Shown one piece after another: positions 11,770 to 25,211 of a stretch of 64,000 bases of DNA; position 1 is the first letter of the stretch, and each line of letters starts with the position of its first letter. Both the position numbers and the translations under genes were made by a program. A model generated the notes under the pieces. The model did no database searches, was not told the origin of the DNA, and saw nothing but the letters and a program-made list of their open reading frames with translations. This stretch comes from Leucoraja ocellata (taxonomy: Eukaryota), in NCBI GenBank assembly GCA_036785375.1, contig JAWMAR010000010.1, positions 6,510,001 through 6,574,000 on the forward strand, in the 5' to 3' direction.

Positions 11770-14700
11770 AATTGTAAAAAAATAGTCTGGCATGTGAGAC
11801 GTTAAATAGTTAACCCAGTTTTCACAGCGTCACACAAATAACTAGTTTTAAGTTAACATATGTTGTTATTTTCTCCATTTTATAAATGTCCATTGTGATG
11901 TCCATCCATGCATTCAGAGTTGGGCTCTCCTGTGATAACCATTTCTTTGTGAGTGATTTTTTACCAGCTACAATCAATATATTCAGTAAATATTTGTCTT
12001 TTTTTCGCCAGTCTTCATGTATGAATACAAAAAAACATGGTCTTATTCTCCAGAGACACTTGATATCTAAAAATGTATTGTAAGACATCATGTAACTCTC
12101 TCCAAAAACTTTAATAACAGGGCAATCCCAGAGGACTTTAAATCTCCACATTTTCTCCAGTTCCCATAATGGGATATTTTTATTTTTATTAGAAGTAGAC
12201 ATATTATAAAGTATAGTTACATATTATAGTAAAAAAACTTTTCATATACATCAGTCATACATTATTAAAATGTTCAATTGTCGATTACTTCTGCTTCTAG
12301 TGGGGGTTTTTTATATAGAAAAAGAGAGAAAGAGAGAAAAAAGAGTTACAAATATTTAAAAAAAACACAAAAAAGGTGGAATGGATTAAAATACGTCATT
12401 GGAGATAGGTTCGTAGATTATATAGTATGACTTTTCATCTAATCCTGAGTTCAAGTTTCAGTTGGGTTTTCGTGCTGGGCCAATCTATCCCGTCAGATAA
12501 TTAATGAATGGAGCCCATATTTTATCAAAAAGTTCTTGTTTGTCCATTAAGACAAGTCTAATTCTTTCTAGATATAGGGTCTCCGACATTTCCACAATCC
12601 ACATTTTAATTGTGGGGGTCGTAGGGCCTTTCCAAAATTTTAATATTAATTTTTTCCCGGTTATTATACTGTAGTCGAGGAAATTTCTTTGGCTTGTTGT
12701 GAGTGTTAAACTTTGCTCTGATATTCCAAGTATTATTAATTTTGAGTTTGGATCCAGTTTTGTATTAATAACTTCTGAAATTATTTCAAAAATATCAGTC
12801 CAGAAATGTTTAATTTTTATACAATTTGCAAACGTATGTGTTAAATTAGCATCTAGATGTAGACATTTATCACAAATATGAGAGATTTTTGGGAAGATTC
12901 TATTTAGTTTTATTTTAGAGTAGTGTAATCTATGTAAGACTTTAAATTGTATTAAAGCATGCCTGGCATTTAACGAACATTGATGTTTATGTTGTAAATT
13001 TCGTCCCACAAATCTTTCGTTATAGGATGACCTAATTCATTTTCCCATGTGTGTCTATATGGTTCCGTCGGTGGTACCTCGTTGTTTAGGAGGGTGTTAT
13101 AAATATAAGCTATTAATTTTTCAGTGTTAGGATGTTTTTTCAAACATTCATCAAGGATTTCTGGGTCCCTAGTCCTGTAGACTTGTGTGTTAGATTTAAC
13201 ATAATCTCTAATTTGTAGATATCTGAAGGAATTATTTGAGTGCAGTCCACGATTCTGTTGTAACTCCTGAAATGAAAGAAAAGTGCCTTTCCCATAAAGA
13301 TGTCCAATCTTTTTAATTCCATAATTTTTCCATTGTGTGAAACCCTTATCCAAAAAGGATGGGTTGAATAAGGGATTATTTACAATGGGAAGGCATAGTG
13401 GTATATTTTTCAATTTTAAAACTTTTTTTAATTGTTTCCAAATTCGTATTCCACTATGTATTATGGGGTTTTCCCTATAGGTTTTTTTGTGCAGTTTGGT
13501 GGTAGCAAATATGATCGGTCCAATTTCAAAAGGTAAACAGTCTTTCTTTTCCATCCTTAACCAATCGGGTTGTTGATCCATTTCTTCCAGCCAGAAATTC
13601 ATGTTTTTAATATGGACTGCCCAGAAATAAAATAAGAAATTTGGCAAAGCCAAACCTCCATTTATCTTTGACTTACATAAATGTTTTTTACTTATTCTAT
13701 GATTCTTATAATCCCAGATAAAACTTGTAACAATGGAGTCGACTTTTTTGAAAAAAGTCATAATGGGATTTCTGAGAAGGCGTAATAAAATTTGTCTTTT
13801 CCAACTAAACTCCCTCCAGTTTTGTGAGCTGATACACTTCCATTGACACCTCCATATTGCTGTCCATTCTTCCTCGGATATGATTATCCCTCCTTCCTTC
13901 TCCCATTTCATTTTAATATATAATGTTGAGTGTGATTAAGATTCAGTCACCCTTTATACATACATGAAATAATTTTACTATCAACATTTGAGATACGCTT
14001 TCCTAAATGATCCCATGAAACCTATACTCGACGCCGTTATATTGTAACATTTTTATTATTAGCATTGTTCAGCATCTGTAAGTATCGATAGAAGTCTTGT
14101 TTTACTAACAGGAATTTTTCTTTAAGCATTTCAAAACTTAACAGTTTTCCTTCTTTCATAATGTTACAAAGAGCAGTTATGCCTTTAAATGTCCAGTATT
14201 TAAACATACTAGCTAACTTATTAGGAGTAAAGTCTGTGTCATATGCGCATCATTTAGGATTGTAATGTCTTCCTATAAATTATACTGTTATACCTGTTTT
14301 CCACATTTTAAGAGTCAATTTTACCCAAGGATTTTCAATAGCATTTATGTAGTCTTGTTGGTTGCTGTCAGCTATGACCATTCTGCCGAATAACCATCAG
14401 ATCCTGGTGACTTGCTCAGCTTGAGCCTACTAATTGCAATTTTTAACTCGCCCTCTGTTATGTCTCAATTCATTGTATTTTTTGTTCCTCTTTTAAGGTG
14501 GGCAAATCTAAGGAATTCAGAACGATGTCTACTTGGGTTTGGCTGCGTCCTGGATCTTCAGAATCCACTTATGTAGAATGCTTCAAAGGCTTCCTGAATT
14601 GCACTTAATTTACCTTTCAATATTTTTATTCTTGGGTCTCTGATTCTGTGAACAGTATTTTCAGCCAGCTTTTTTTTTCATTTCCAGTACTTTAATGGAT
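11770..14700 (-). mobile_element. L1/Tx1-clade LINE (element A), degraded, interrupted by element B
   Basis: ORF2 C-terminal motifs KWEKE..EEW..NWREFSWK (13800-13911) continue as WDCP..KKSLTKKW..MEKIT (11822-12150). Confidence 0.8.
12176..13758 (-). mobile_element. L1/Tx1-clade LINE (element B), 5'-truncated, nested
   Basis: GGLALPNF..YFWA and IQFKVLHRLHY..CDKC..HTFANC motifs, an A-rich tail, and an 11-bp TSD cataatgggat at 12165-12175 and 13759-13769. Confidence 0.85.
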
Positions 14701-15294
14701 TTAGAACCACTCGAAGGGCCGAATGGCCTACTCCTGCACCTATTTTCTATGTTGCTATACATGACCTTTTCTCTTGTTATCAACTAAACAAATATGTGAT
14801 ATTTAAGATAATGTTTATATTGTGATCCATCTCTTTATCCCAGTGTGTATAATCGCCAGGCGTCTTCAGGCATTCGATGACTCAGTGTCCGACAGGGTGA
14901 CCGGGAATAATGAAAGAATATCCAATCCTGGAAACAGGCGCGATTTCTTCAACTTCCTCCTCCCATAATTTGGACAAACGATCTCGGTGGAAGCTTCAAG
15001 GGACTGTCGAAATATCTCCCAGAAGTGAGTCTGAAAGACTCGTTACATATGCAGCATTCTTTATTGTACAAGCCGCATATAAAGAGCGTCTCAATCAAGG
15101 GCTCAGGTCACAACTCCAATGATAATTGTAATGCGCAGATATTTGTACAGAGAAGTGAGGGAGTGGCGCCTGAGGTTTTACCAAACAGTAGGACCAGGAG
15201 GGTTAGTTGTGCAATGTGCACCAGCTGATCGCAGCAGAAATATGTTAATAATATCTTGCGAAAGGAAACTTGTGATTAACTGCTCACATGACAG

Positions 15295-15945
15295 GTACAG
15301 CGATACAGCGGTAGAGTTGCTGTCTTACAGCGCCAGAGACACGGGTTCGATGCTGACCTCGGGTGCTATCTGTACGGAGTTTGTACGTTCTCCAAGGTTA
15401 ATTCCCGGGATGGCGGGACTGTCATATGCTGAGAAAATGGACTTGTACACTCTGGAGTTTAGAAGGATGAGAGGGTATCTCATATAATATTGTTAAGGGC
15501 TTGGAGGCAGGAAACATGTTCCCGATGTTGGGGGAGTCCAGAACCAGGGGCCACAGTTTAAGAATAAGGAGTAAGCCATTTAGAACGGAGACAGAGAGTG
15601 GTGAGTCTGTGGAATTCTCTGCCCCAGTGGGCGGTGGAGGCAGGTTCTCTGGATTATTTCACGAGAGAGCTAGATAGGGCTCTTAAAAATAGCGGAGTGA
15701 GGGGATATGGGGAGAAGGCAGGAACGGAGGACGTGCAGATACCCGCCTGCGGCTTCAGCGGCGGGCGCAGCGAGTGCTCCGGTGTCCGCCAACATTCCAA
15801 AGACGTACAGGGTTGTAAGTTAATTGGCTTCTGTAACTTGTCACTTGTATGGCAGATAGAACTAGTGTATGAGTGATCTTTGTTCGACGTGGACTTAGTG
15901 GGCCGTAAGGCCTGTTTCCACGCTGTATCTCTAAACTAAACTAAA
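15295..15945 (+). mobile_element. HE1/V-SINE-like SINE interrupted by a CR1 3' fragment (15393-15727)
   Basis: tRNA-like head gcggtagagttgctg..gggttcga and (taaac)n tail, with CR1 LWNSLP coding sequence inside. Confidence 0.75.
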
Positions 15946-17044
15946 AGATCCCCCTTAAATCTCTCCCCTCTCACCTTAAGCCTATGTCCACGAGTTTTTG
16001 AATCCTTTACACTGGGAAAAAGACTGTGAGGGTTCACTTTATCTATGCCCCCTCGTGATCTTGTGCACCTCAATAAGTTAATCCCTCAAGGTCCACGGCA
16101 GGAGGTTCCCAGGGATCTAGACATCCAGGGAAGGTGATGGCTGGAGGCCCTGCAACAGCCTGGGGCTCACCTGGATCTGGAGCTGCTCATAAGACCTGGA
16201 GTTCAGACTGGACTTTTAAATGGCGGCAAAACCTTGCTCCTCTTGCATGCAGTCTCGGTGGAATATTTCTGTACACTTTGCTAATCGGGGATTGTGGTTA
16301 GGTATTGCAATATGGCATTAGAGACCCTCGGACTATCTTTCATTGGACTTTACTGGACTTTTTCTTGCACTAAACACTATTCACATTGTTCCCTTTGTCA
16401 TATGTGTGTCTACACTGTGAATGGCTCGATTGTAATCAGGTATTGTCTCTCCTCTGACTGGTTAGCACACAACAAAAGCATTTTACAATACCTCGGCACA
16501 CGTGACAATAAACTAAACTCAAAACCTTACTGGACTGTGTGTAAGGCAAATAATGTCACTGTGTGTTTGCACAAGTGACAATAAAAGCAACACTGTTTCA
16601 TTGATTCTGACCAAAAAAATGGGCTAGAACAGGGATGATGGGCTGAATGCTCTGACTGAGTGCAGTGCAGATTATCACAGAGGAACAGCCAACGTCCTTG
16701 CACAAAACAGGTTTATTTGGTGCAATTCAAGTCATTGTAGCGTCATCTAAAACTTTCACAAACTCCGAGACTAGCTTGGATAAGGCACCTTGGTCGGCAC
16801 GCATGAGTTGGACTGAAGGGTCCGCTGTGTGCCGTATGTCTCTACGACTGTGAAAGCACATTCCACCACAGTGGGAAAGGTAAAATTAGCAAGGATTAGG
16901 AACTCGTTATGGGGTCTGGTCACCCTGAGACTGACAGACCCAAGGAGAAGGAACCATCCATTTGACTGCCTGTAGCCCACCAGCTGGGCTTTGAAATTCC
17001 TCGTGACTGGGAGGTCACAAGGAGAGAGGAGCTCTTCCCAACGT

Positions 17045-17342
17045 CTTAGAATAAAGGGGGGGGGGGGTCATTTAAGACTCTGGGTGAGAAAATACTTTTT
17101 CACCCAGAGAGTTGTGAATTTATGGAATTCCCTGCCACAGAGGGCAGTGGAGGCCAAGTCACTGGATGGATTTAAGAGAGAGTTAGATGGAACTAAGGGG
17201 CTAGTGGAATCAAGGGATATGAGGAGAAGGCAGGCACGGGTTATTGATAGGGGACGATCAGCCATGATCACAAGGAATGGCGGTGCTGGCTCGAAGGGTC
17301 GAAAGGCCTCCTCCTGCACCAATCTTCTATGTTTCTATGTAA
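17045..17342 (+). mobile_element. CR1 3' end
   Basis: FFTQRVVNLWNSLPQ followed by the 3' UTR and a (tttctatg)n tail. Confidence 0.85.
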
Positions 17343-17420
17343 CTCCACATTAAATGGTACCTTTTCCTCAACCCTGTTTTCCGATCTAGAATTTCTATGA
17401 TAACCCTGTGTGCGGATGAT

Positions 17421-17665
17421 GGGCGGCACAGTGGTGCAATGGGTAGAGTTGCTACCTCACAGCGCCAGAGACACGGGTTCGATCCTGAACTTGGGTGCTG
17501 TCTGTGTGGAATTTGTACGTTCGCCCTGTAACCCTCTGGGTTTCCTCCTGGTGCTCTGGTTTCCTGCCACATCCCACATCCCAGGGTTTGTAGGTTAATG
17601 GTCTCTGTAAATTTCCACTGGTGTGTAAAGAGTGTATATGAAAGTGAGGTAACGTAAACTAGTAT
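17421..17665 (+). mobile_element. tRNA-derived SINE (HE1/V-SINE-like)
   Basis: ggcggcacagtgg...gggttcgatcctga A/B boxes; more than 20 related copies occur in the window. Confidence 0.8.
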
Positions 17666-18509
17666 GATGTGTGTTTGTGTGTGTGCATTGATGTACCATA
17701 GTACCATCCTGCACCATGTCTACATGTACTCTTGTCTGCTTATGCACGTGTTATTTGTAAATGCGTGCATCAGCAGTACATGGACTGTGTATGCAAATAC
17801 ATGTTTGTGCATATATATGGCATGTGTGTTATCTGCTGATAATAATTCTGTGTGCAATTCTGTACAATTATACTTGTGTGAATAATTATGCAACTTTGTG
17901 AAAGGTTGCCATTGTTTACCCTTCTACTGTATCTTCACTTGTGGTTCATTTCGGTCTTGAATGCATTTTATTATGCCTGTCTGCCCTGTATGTACATTCC
18001 CAACTTCTGATGAGCTAGTGGGATATCCTAGAACTAATATGCGTGGGTGATCAATGTTTGGCGTGGATCGGTGGGCCAAAGGGTGTACTCCCATGCTCTA
18101 TCTCTAATCTAAATCTCCATATCCCACCACTCCCCTGACCTATTCCCTCCACGCTCATCATCGCCTCGCCCTCTATACTCCTCGCTGCTCTTTCCCCGCA
18201 CTCAGCCCAAAATAAATGTTCCCAAATTTCTCACCCTGAGTGTTTGTGAAGTTTAGTTACTGGTATATTCATTTCCAGAATTATTATTGGGAATAATCGT
18301 ACATAAATCCCAGTGGGAATGCTAGGGTGGGGTACAACTGTGATGGATAGCTCGTAGGCAGGATGAAATTTGCTCTTGGGCCCATGCATCGCGCATTGAA
18401 TGATTGCCTTTACAAGCGCAGCCGAGATCAGCGGAGGCAGGCAGTGTGGAACGAGCGGCAGATGTGCATATGGATGAAGAAAATGGGTGTCTCAGCCTCC
18501 AGCGGTGGA

Positions 18510-18525
18510 TCAGTCCCGACTCCTT
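18510..18525 (-). CDS. Siglec-15-like receptor putative terminal exon (RRSRD-stop)
   Basis: Strong acceptor ggtcttgttctgtccacAG in unique sequence. A phase-2 join gives ..DKT-R-RSRD*. Alternative terminal exons are not excluded. Confidence 0.5.
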
Positions 18526-19739
18526 CTGTGGACAGAACAAGACCAGTTAAAATGAGCTTCGGTAATTCCACAGGAAAATCTTTTTTATCACATTAATTGG
18601 TAGCATCACGGAATGGTTACGGCATAGGCGGTGACCACTCAGCAGGTCAGGCAGCTTCTGTGGAGGGAAATGGACGGACGACATTCCCGTGTGTGAAGGA
18701 ACTGTACATACTGGTTTATCAAAGAAAGACACCTGATTATTATGGGTGTCGGGGTTATGGGGGAGGGCAGGAGAATGGGGTTGAGAGGGGAAGACACATC
18801 ATCCATGATTGAATGGTGGCATAGACTTGATGGGCCGAATGGCCTCATTCAGCTTCTTGAACTTATGAACATGAACTTAAGACGCAGTGGGTCAGGCGGC
18901 ATCTCCGGAGAACCCTGGAGCATCTCTGGTAGATCTTCCCCTTTGCTCTACCCGTTGTACTTGAGTGTCACTTGATTGCAAATATGTATCATATTATCTA
19001 ATCTGAGTGGATGGCATGCAAAGCAAAGCTTGTCACTGCACCTCAATAGCCATGCCAATAATAAGCCTAATCCCAAACCTCACTCGCTCACCCCCTTCTA
19101 GACTTGCAGCGCTCCATTCACTGAATACCATCACATCTGAGCTATTCAGGCAAAGAATGTGAAGGGCCATGGGAAGAGACAGAGCAGAGCATGGGAGACA
19201 CAAGGAACTGCAGATGTGAGCAAACGCACAGTGCTGGAGGAATTCATTAGGTCAGGCAGTGTCTGTGGAAGGGGATGGACAGGTAACATTTTGGGTTAGG
19301 ACCCTCCTTCATCCCCTGAAGTTTCTTTCACCTTTAGGTTCAGGTTTATTATTGTCACATGAACTGAGGTGCAGTAAAAAGATTTGTTTTTCATGCAAAA
19401 CAATAAGATCAGATTATGCTACACATAAAAACAATCATGTCTAACAAGTACGATAGGTAGAGCAAATGGGACGATGCAAAGTGTAGAATATAGTTCTCAG
19501 CAATGTAGCGCATCAGTTCCAGAGACATAGTCCAATGTCCACAATGGACACGAAAGGGTTAGAGGGATATGGGTCAAATGCCGGCAAATGGGATTATATC
19601 AGATGGGGCCAAAGGGCCTGTTTCCATGCTGTGTGTTATAGACAAATTGGATGCTGAAATGTTTGACACAGAGAAAAACAGAGAAAACCTGGGAAGAATG
19701 GATAATGACAGACTGTGCAGATCCACATTTCCTGAATAT

Positions 19740-20050
19740 TGACTGAATGATTGAATGAATGAATGTATGAGTGAATGTATGAATGAATTAATGAATGTAT
19801 GATTGAATGCATGAATGATTGAATGAATGCATGATTGAATGAATGAATGTATGATTGAANNNNNNNNNNNNNNNNNNNNNNNNNNNNNNNNNNNNNNNNN
19901 NNNNNNNNNNNNNNNNNNNNNNNNNNNNNNNNNNNNNNNNNNNNNNNNNNNNNNNNNNNNNNNNNNNNNNNNNNNNNNNNNNNNNNNNNNNNNNGAATGA
20001 TTGATTGAGTGATGAGTGAATGAGCGAATGCATGAATAATTTTGAATGAA
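19740..20050. repeat. (GAAT)n microsatellite flanking assembly gap 19860-19994
   Basis: Direct observation. Confidence 0.95.
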
Positions 20051-20376
20051 TAAAAATAACTTCTCATATGTCCGAAAGGGGAAAACATTGTGAGAACAGA
20101 GGGAGAATGGAATGGCAATCTTGCAGGAGACGGGGTGGGGCTAGGTGTAGTCAAGGAAGATGTCAGTGTGTTTGCTGTAAATATCTATGGATAGTCTGTC
20201 CCCTGAGATAGAGACAGAGAGATTGAGAGAGGAGAGGAACACTGAGAACACTCAGTTGGTCAGGCAGCATCTACAGAAGAGAAAAGGAATTAATGTTTTA
20301 GATGAATCACCAGAAGAAGACAATGAATCACATTGCGGACATTGGAAGGCAAGTATCTCGCAGCAATATTACATAC

Positions 20377-20476
20377 CTGGTTTTGTCCCTGATTAAAATG
20401 AAGCCCATCACCAAAAGGACAAGGCTTTTCACTCCAAGTGCAATACACAGTATCAGAGTGTTGGAAAACTGTGGGG
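20377..20476 (-). CDS. Siglec-15-like receptor exon 4 (transmembrane, with central Lys)
   Basis: Acceptor ctctctcttcAG, donor AG|gtatgt. Reads APQFSNTLILCIALGVKSLVLLVMGFILIRDKT; ALGVKSL resembles the Siglec-15 TM motif ALGFKAL. Confidence 0.8.
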
Positions 20477-20849
20477 CTGAAGAGAGAGAAGTCAAACCAG
20501 ACTCGATCAATAACATGGAGACAATTCATTTTACCATCTCCAGCAGAAGGTACAGAAGCTTGAAAGTATGCACCACCAGACTCGGGAACAGCTTCTTCCC
20601 CTCTTTTATTAGGCTTCAAAACGGTCCTTGCTTTTCCAAATAACAAGGAATAGAAGGTAAAAGAGAAATCCTGGGGAAAAAAACAAGGATGAAAGCTGCC
20701 GAGAAGCGTTGTTCAATTATTTTAAAATGTAGAATCTCTATGTGGCCATTGTAGCCAAAAGCCTAGTGATGCTGTGAATCATTGAAACACTTTGGGTTCC
20801 CTCAGAGTGTTCCCCAGTATTTAGTGTGAAGGCCTTGAATAACACGACT

Positions 20850-22183
20850 TGTTTGAGAAATCATTGGACAAAGTCAGCATGGATTTACGAAAGGTAAATC
20901 ATGTCTGACGAATCTTATAGAATTCTTCGAGGATATAACTAGTAGCGTGGATAGGGGAGAACCAGTGGATTTGGTGTATCTGGACTTCCAGAAGGCTTTC
21001 GACAAGGTCCCACATAAGAGATTAGTATACAAACTTAAAGCACACGGCATTGGGGGTTCAGTATTGATGTGGATAGAGAACTGGCTGGCAAACAGGAAGC
21101 AAAGAGTAGGAGTAAACGGGTCCTTTTCACAATGGCAGGCAGTGACTAGTGGGGTACCGCAAGGCTCAGTGCTAGGACCCCAGCTATTTACAATATATAT
21201 TAATGATCTGGATGAGGGAATTGAAGGCAATATCTCCAAGTTTGCGGATGACACTAAGCTGGGGGGCAGTGTTAAGTGTGAGGAGGATGATAGGAGACTG
21301 CAAGGTGACTTGGATAGGCTGGGTGAGTGGGAAAATGTTTGGCAGATGCAGTATAATGTGGATAAATGTGAGGTTATCCATTTTGATGGCAAAAACGGGA
21401 AAGCAGACTATTATCTAAATGGTGGCCGATTGGGAATGGGGGAGATGCAGCGAGACCTGGGTGTCATGGTACACCAGTCATTGAAGGTAGGCATGCAGGT
21501 GCAGCAGGCAGTAAAGAAAGCGAATGGTATGTTGGCTTTCATAGCAAGAGGATTTGAGTATAGGAGCAGGGAGGTGCAGTTCTACTGCAGTTGTACAGGG
21601 TCTTGGTGAGACCACACCTGGAGTATTGCGTGCAGTTTTGGTTTCCAAATCTGAGGAAGGACATTATTGCCATAGAGGGAGTGCAGAGAAGGTTCACCAG
21701 ACTGATTCCTGGGATGTCAGGACTGTCTTATGAAGAAAGACTGGATAGGCTTGGTTTATACTCTCTAGAATTTAGGAGATTGAGAGGGGATCTTATAGAA
21801 ACTTACAAAATTCTTAAGGGGTTGGACAGGCTAGATGCAGGAAGATTGTTCCCGATGTTGGGGAAGTCCAGGACAAGGGGTCACAGCTTAAGGATAAGGG
21901 GGACATCCTTTAAAACCGAGATGAGGAGAACTTTTTTCACACAGAGAGTGGTGAATCTCTGGAACTCTCTGCCACAGAGGGTAGTTGAGGCCAGTTCATT
22001 GGCTATATTTAAGAGGGGGTTAGATGTGGCCCTTGTGGCCAAGGGGATCAGAGGGTATGGAGAGAAGGCAGGTACGGGATACTGAGTTGGATGATCAGCC
22101 ATGATCATATTGAATGGCGGTGCAGGCTCGAAGGGCCGAATGGCCTACTCCTGCATCTAATTTCTATGTTTCTATGTTTCTAT
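20850..22183 (+). mobile_element. CR1 LINE, 5'-truncated, young
   Basis: RT motifs [23 protein letters not shown] and FADDTK, one frameshift near 21580, and a (tttctatg)n tail. Confidence 0.95.
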
Positions 22184-22489
22184 GAGAAACTCGTCACCAT
22201 TCTGCGAGATGCTGCCTGTCCAGGTCAAACACACAATTCCCTCCAACAAGGACCAACAAAATGGGGCGTACAGATTACATTAGTCACACGGTTGCCCTTG
22301 ACATTGAGGCAGTGGGGAAGATTAATAATAATGGGGACTGTAGTACAAACTCGCTGTTGGCTGGAATCACAGTGTAAGGTAGGTGGTTGTGTTTGCTCTG
22401 TGTTAATCATCTCAACACCAGCATTTTGTAGAGCCCCAACTATTTCCAGTTGCTCCATCAACTGGCCATCCCACAGCAAAGTGCAGCAC

Positions 22490-22800
22490 TGTGGCGCCAC
22501 TGATAGAGCCGCTGCCTCACAGCGCCAGAGACCATTGTTCGATCCCAATCTCAGGTGCTGTCTGTGTGTGGAGTTTGAACGATCTCTCTGTGACCGCTTG
22601 GGTTTTTCCTCCCGTTGCTCCGGTCACCTCGCACACTCAAAAGACGTACAGGTTTGTAGATTAATTGGCTTTGATAAAATTATAAATTGCCCCCAGTGTT
22701 TGGAATAGTGCTAGTATACAGGGTGATCACTAGTCAGTGTAGACTCGGTGGGCCAAAGTCCTGTTTCCGCACTGTATCTACAGTATGTATCTCTAAAGTC
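22490..22800 (+). mobile_element. tRNA-derived SINE
   Basis: Same head, core and tail as other SINE copies. Confidence 0.75.
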
Positions 22801-23027
22801 CAATGCCTAACGCATGCGAAACAAAGCTTTTCACTGTGAAGAGCTTTTGTTCGCTGTAAAGCTCACTTTTCACATGTGACGAATATAACCCTAAACCTAA
22901 AATATTGTGACCGCAAGAGCCACAATGACATCATGTCTGAGGGAGCCACCTTGTGACACTCCAAAGACAGGACACCATTTACAGAGCACAAGTCAGGAGT
23001 GATGCAACATTCTCCAATTCTTCACTA

Positions 23028-23265
23028 ATGCCCCTGTCCCACTTAGGAAACCTGAACGGAAAACTCTGGAGACTTTGTGCCCCACCCAAGGTTTCCGTGA
23101 GGTTCCCGGAGGTTGCAGGAGGTTGCCGGAGGTTGCAGGTAGTGGAAGCAGGTAGGGAGACTGACAAAAACCTCCGGGAACCTCCGGGAACCGCACGGAA
23201 ACCTTGGGCGGGGCACAAAGTCTCCAGAGGTTTCTGTTCGCGTTTCCTAAGTGGGACAGGGGCAT
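23028..23265. mobile_element. MITE with ~90-bp terminal inverted repeats
   Basis: atgcccctgtcccacttaggaaac... pairs with ...gtttcctaagtgggacaggggcat, flanked by TA on both sides. Confidence 0.9.
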
Positions 23266-23864
23266 TACAACCTTTAAGAAGCTCAAAACTTTCCAAAACA
23301 AAGCAGCCAACTTAGAATAGTGTTTATAGATACAGCTTCCCCGCCGACCAAGTATCGCATGTACACTAGTTTTATGGTGTCCTACCTTTCTACACACTTG
23401 GGGCAATTTACAGGAGCCAATTAACCTACAAACCTGTGTGTCTTTCAAATCTGGGAGCAAACCAGAACACCCAGAGAAAACCCACACGGTCAGAGGGAGA
23501 ATGTGAAAATTTCGTCTAGAGAGCACCCATAGTCAAGATTTAAACTGGGGTTTTGGCGGCAGCAACTCTACTACTGTTCCACCCTGTTAATTCTATATTA
23601 TCCCACTTTTGCACCCTAAAACCTTGGAACAATTTACAGTGGCCAAGTAACGTACAAACCCGTAAGTCTTTGGAGTGTGGGAGAAAACCGGGGCACCCGG
23701 AGAAAACCCACCCGGTCACAGGGAGAACGTCCAAACTCTGTATGGGCTTCTGAATGGTCCTTCCATAAGCTATGACACAGTTACGATTTCCCAACCTACC
23801 TCATTGCGGACATTGGCCTCAGGAAATGTAACCTTACAATATGAAGAAACTAGTTTTCTATAAT

Positions 23865-24160
23865 GTGGGTGGCACGGTGGCACTGCGGCAGAGTTGCTGC
23901 CTTGCAGTACCAGAGACCCGGGTTCAATCCCGACTACGGGTGCTGTCTCTACAGAGTTTGTACGTTTTCCTTGTAACTGTGTGGGTTTTCTCTGAGTGCT
24001 CTGGTTTCCTCCCACAATCTAAAGACATACCGGTTGATCAGTTAATTGGCTTTAGGAAGATTATAAATTTTGACTAGTGTGTAGGATTGTGCTCGTGTGT
24101 ACGGGGTGATCGTTGGGCGGCACCAACTTGGTGGACCGAAGGGCCTGTATCCGCGCTGTA
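23865..24160 (+). mobile_element. tRNA-derived SINE
   Basis: gggttcaatcccgactacgggtgctgtc head and V-core. Confidence 0.75.
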
Positions 24161-24878
24161 ATTCTCCATATTCTGCAATCTGATTTCTTTCTCTCCGCTC
24201 TACCTATTATAGAGTAAATGAGTCATCGAGTAACACAATGTGGAAACAGGCCCATCAGCCCAGATTTCCCACACCAACACCGGCCAACATGTCCCATCTA
24301 CACTAATGTGTAGGAAAGAAATGCAGATGCTGGTTTAGATCTGCGTGAAGAAGGGTCTCCACCCGAAACGTCACCCATTCCATCTCTCCAGAGATGCTGC
24401 CTGTCCCGCTGAGTTACTCCAGTGTTTTGTGTCTACCCTCTACACTTGTCTGCATTTGGCCCATATCCCTCTAAACCTGTCCTATCCATGTACCTGTCTA
24501 ATTGCTTCTCAAACACTGTGATAGTACCTGCCATCTACCTGCTCCGGCATCTCATTCCATACACCTATGTGCGAAAAAGTTACCCCTCCCATTCCAATAA
24601 AATCTTTCCTCCTTCCCCTTAAACCATTGTCCTCTAGTTCTCGAGTTCCCTGCTCTGGGCAAGAGTGTGCGTCTACCCGGTCAATTCCTGTGGTACTTGT
24701 GTTTGGTTTGATTGTATTCGCATACAGTATTATATGACTTGATCAGATAGCCTTACAAACAAAAGATTTTTAACTATACTTCAGTACACGTGACAATACA
24801 AAACAAAAACCTAGCACTAAAGCTAGACCTAAATACCTTCGCTGCACACTGCAGCACGAGTTGATGGGGGTTTCTTAC

Positions 24879-25211
24879 CTGTTGCAACTTGCAGTTGGAT
24901 CTCGCACTGGAACAGATGGTCGGTCGAGATCACGAGACAGAGGTAGCCGCCACTGTCCTCCACACTCAGCTGCTTTATCCTGGTTGAGGCGTTTCCCAGC
25001 TCTGGGTTCCCGACCAGCTCGAACCGAGTTGTTCCGTTCTCCGCCGCCCAGGATCTATCAGCTTGGGGTCTGAACGCGACGATGTGCCGGTCGCGATCCT
25101 TCCTCATCCATGTGACCGTGCGAGGCATGTGCCTCGGCAGAGGCGGTGAGAAGACACAGGGTAACGTGGCCGAAGCCCCCTCAGTCCCAGTCACCAATGA
25201 GACATTGCGAG
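24879..25211 (-). CDS. Siglec-15-like receptor exon 3 (V-set Ig domain 2)
   Basis: Acceptor ccttccctcAG, donor G|gtaaga, 333 nt, phase 1-1. Reads GASATLPCVF..VTW..RFELVGNPELGNASTRIKQLSVEDSGGYLC. Confidence 0.85.

Noticed and set aside
19640-19731. Alternative cytoplasmic exon for the Siglec-like gene
   Set aside because: Weak acceptor adjoining a (GAAT)n microsatellite and no clear donor. The 18525 acceptor is preferred, though unproven.
22953-23526. Overlapping ORFs on both strands
   Set aside because: Artefact of the palindromic MITE and an adjacent SINE.
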